From Marsupella aquatica (taxonomy: Eukaryota; Plantae; Marchantiophyta): a DNA stretch of 64,000 nt. The notes beneath the pieces are model-generated. The model saw only the letters and a list, made by a program, of their open reading frames with translations, searched no databases and was not told the origin of the DNA. Positions 63,892 through 64,000 of this stretch are shown here, one piece after another (positions within the stretch are counted from its first letter, which is position 1; each line of letters begins with the position of its first letter). The DNA lies in assembly GCA_973895155.1 (NCBI GenBank), contig OZ316896.1, forward strand, positions 16,409,752 through 16,473,751. The letters are read 5' to 3'. The position numbers and the translations under genes were made by a program.

Positions 63892-64000
63892 CTGCACCCA
63901 TGAAGTACGCATGATTGCCACAATTAGGTTCAGACACAAGAACTAAAAACTGTTGTGCATAGGATCTGAAGAGGTTCACTGAGTACAAGTGAATATGCAA

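Larger units (their letters stand above)
58315..64000 (-). mobile_element. CACTA (En/Spm) DNA transposon, continuing beyond the window
   Basis: TIR CACTAGTAGAAA at 58315. Dense tgacta/tagtca subterminal repeats at 58340-58660. TnpD- and TnpA-like coding exons on the minus strand. Confidence 0.92.

Noticed and set aside
1-64000. tRNA, rRNA, snoRNA or telomerase RNA genes
   Set aside because: None recognisable by eye. The only tRNA-related sequence is the LTR primer-binding site.

Overview
Eukaryotic nuclear DNA from a land plant, most likely a bryophyte such as a liverwort (inferred from gene content, GT-AG introns and transposon families; the species cannot be determined here). There are seven host genes: AWPM-19-like (+), isochorismatase-family hydrolase (-, 5 exons), complex I subunit NDUFB3/B12 (-), thioredoxin z/CITRX (+, 4 exons), an intronless GPR107/108-like 7TM protein (-), an NT-C2 (EEIG1/EHBP1-type) domain protein (-, 8 exons) and WRAP53/TCAB1 (-, 14 exons). 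Between them lie L1 LINE remnants, a nearly intact CRE-clade (RT + restriction-like endonuclease) non-LTR retrotransposon plus a decayed second copy, small non-autonomous elements and many local tandem duplications. The last 12.5 kb is a nested transposon stack: Helitron > CACTA remnant > Athila/Tat-like LTR element > CACTA with TnpA/TnpD. The best leads are (1) a probable shared transcription unit for NDUFB3 and the isochorismatase gene, (2) a hidden, protein-conserved duplicate of exon 6 in the NT-C2 gene with a near-perfect hairpin between the copies, and (3) the CRE element, whose single long ORF is broken only by two in-frame TAGs. Family assignments come from recalled motifs, not database searches.
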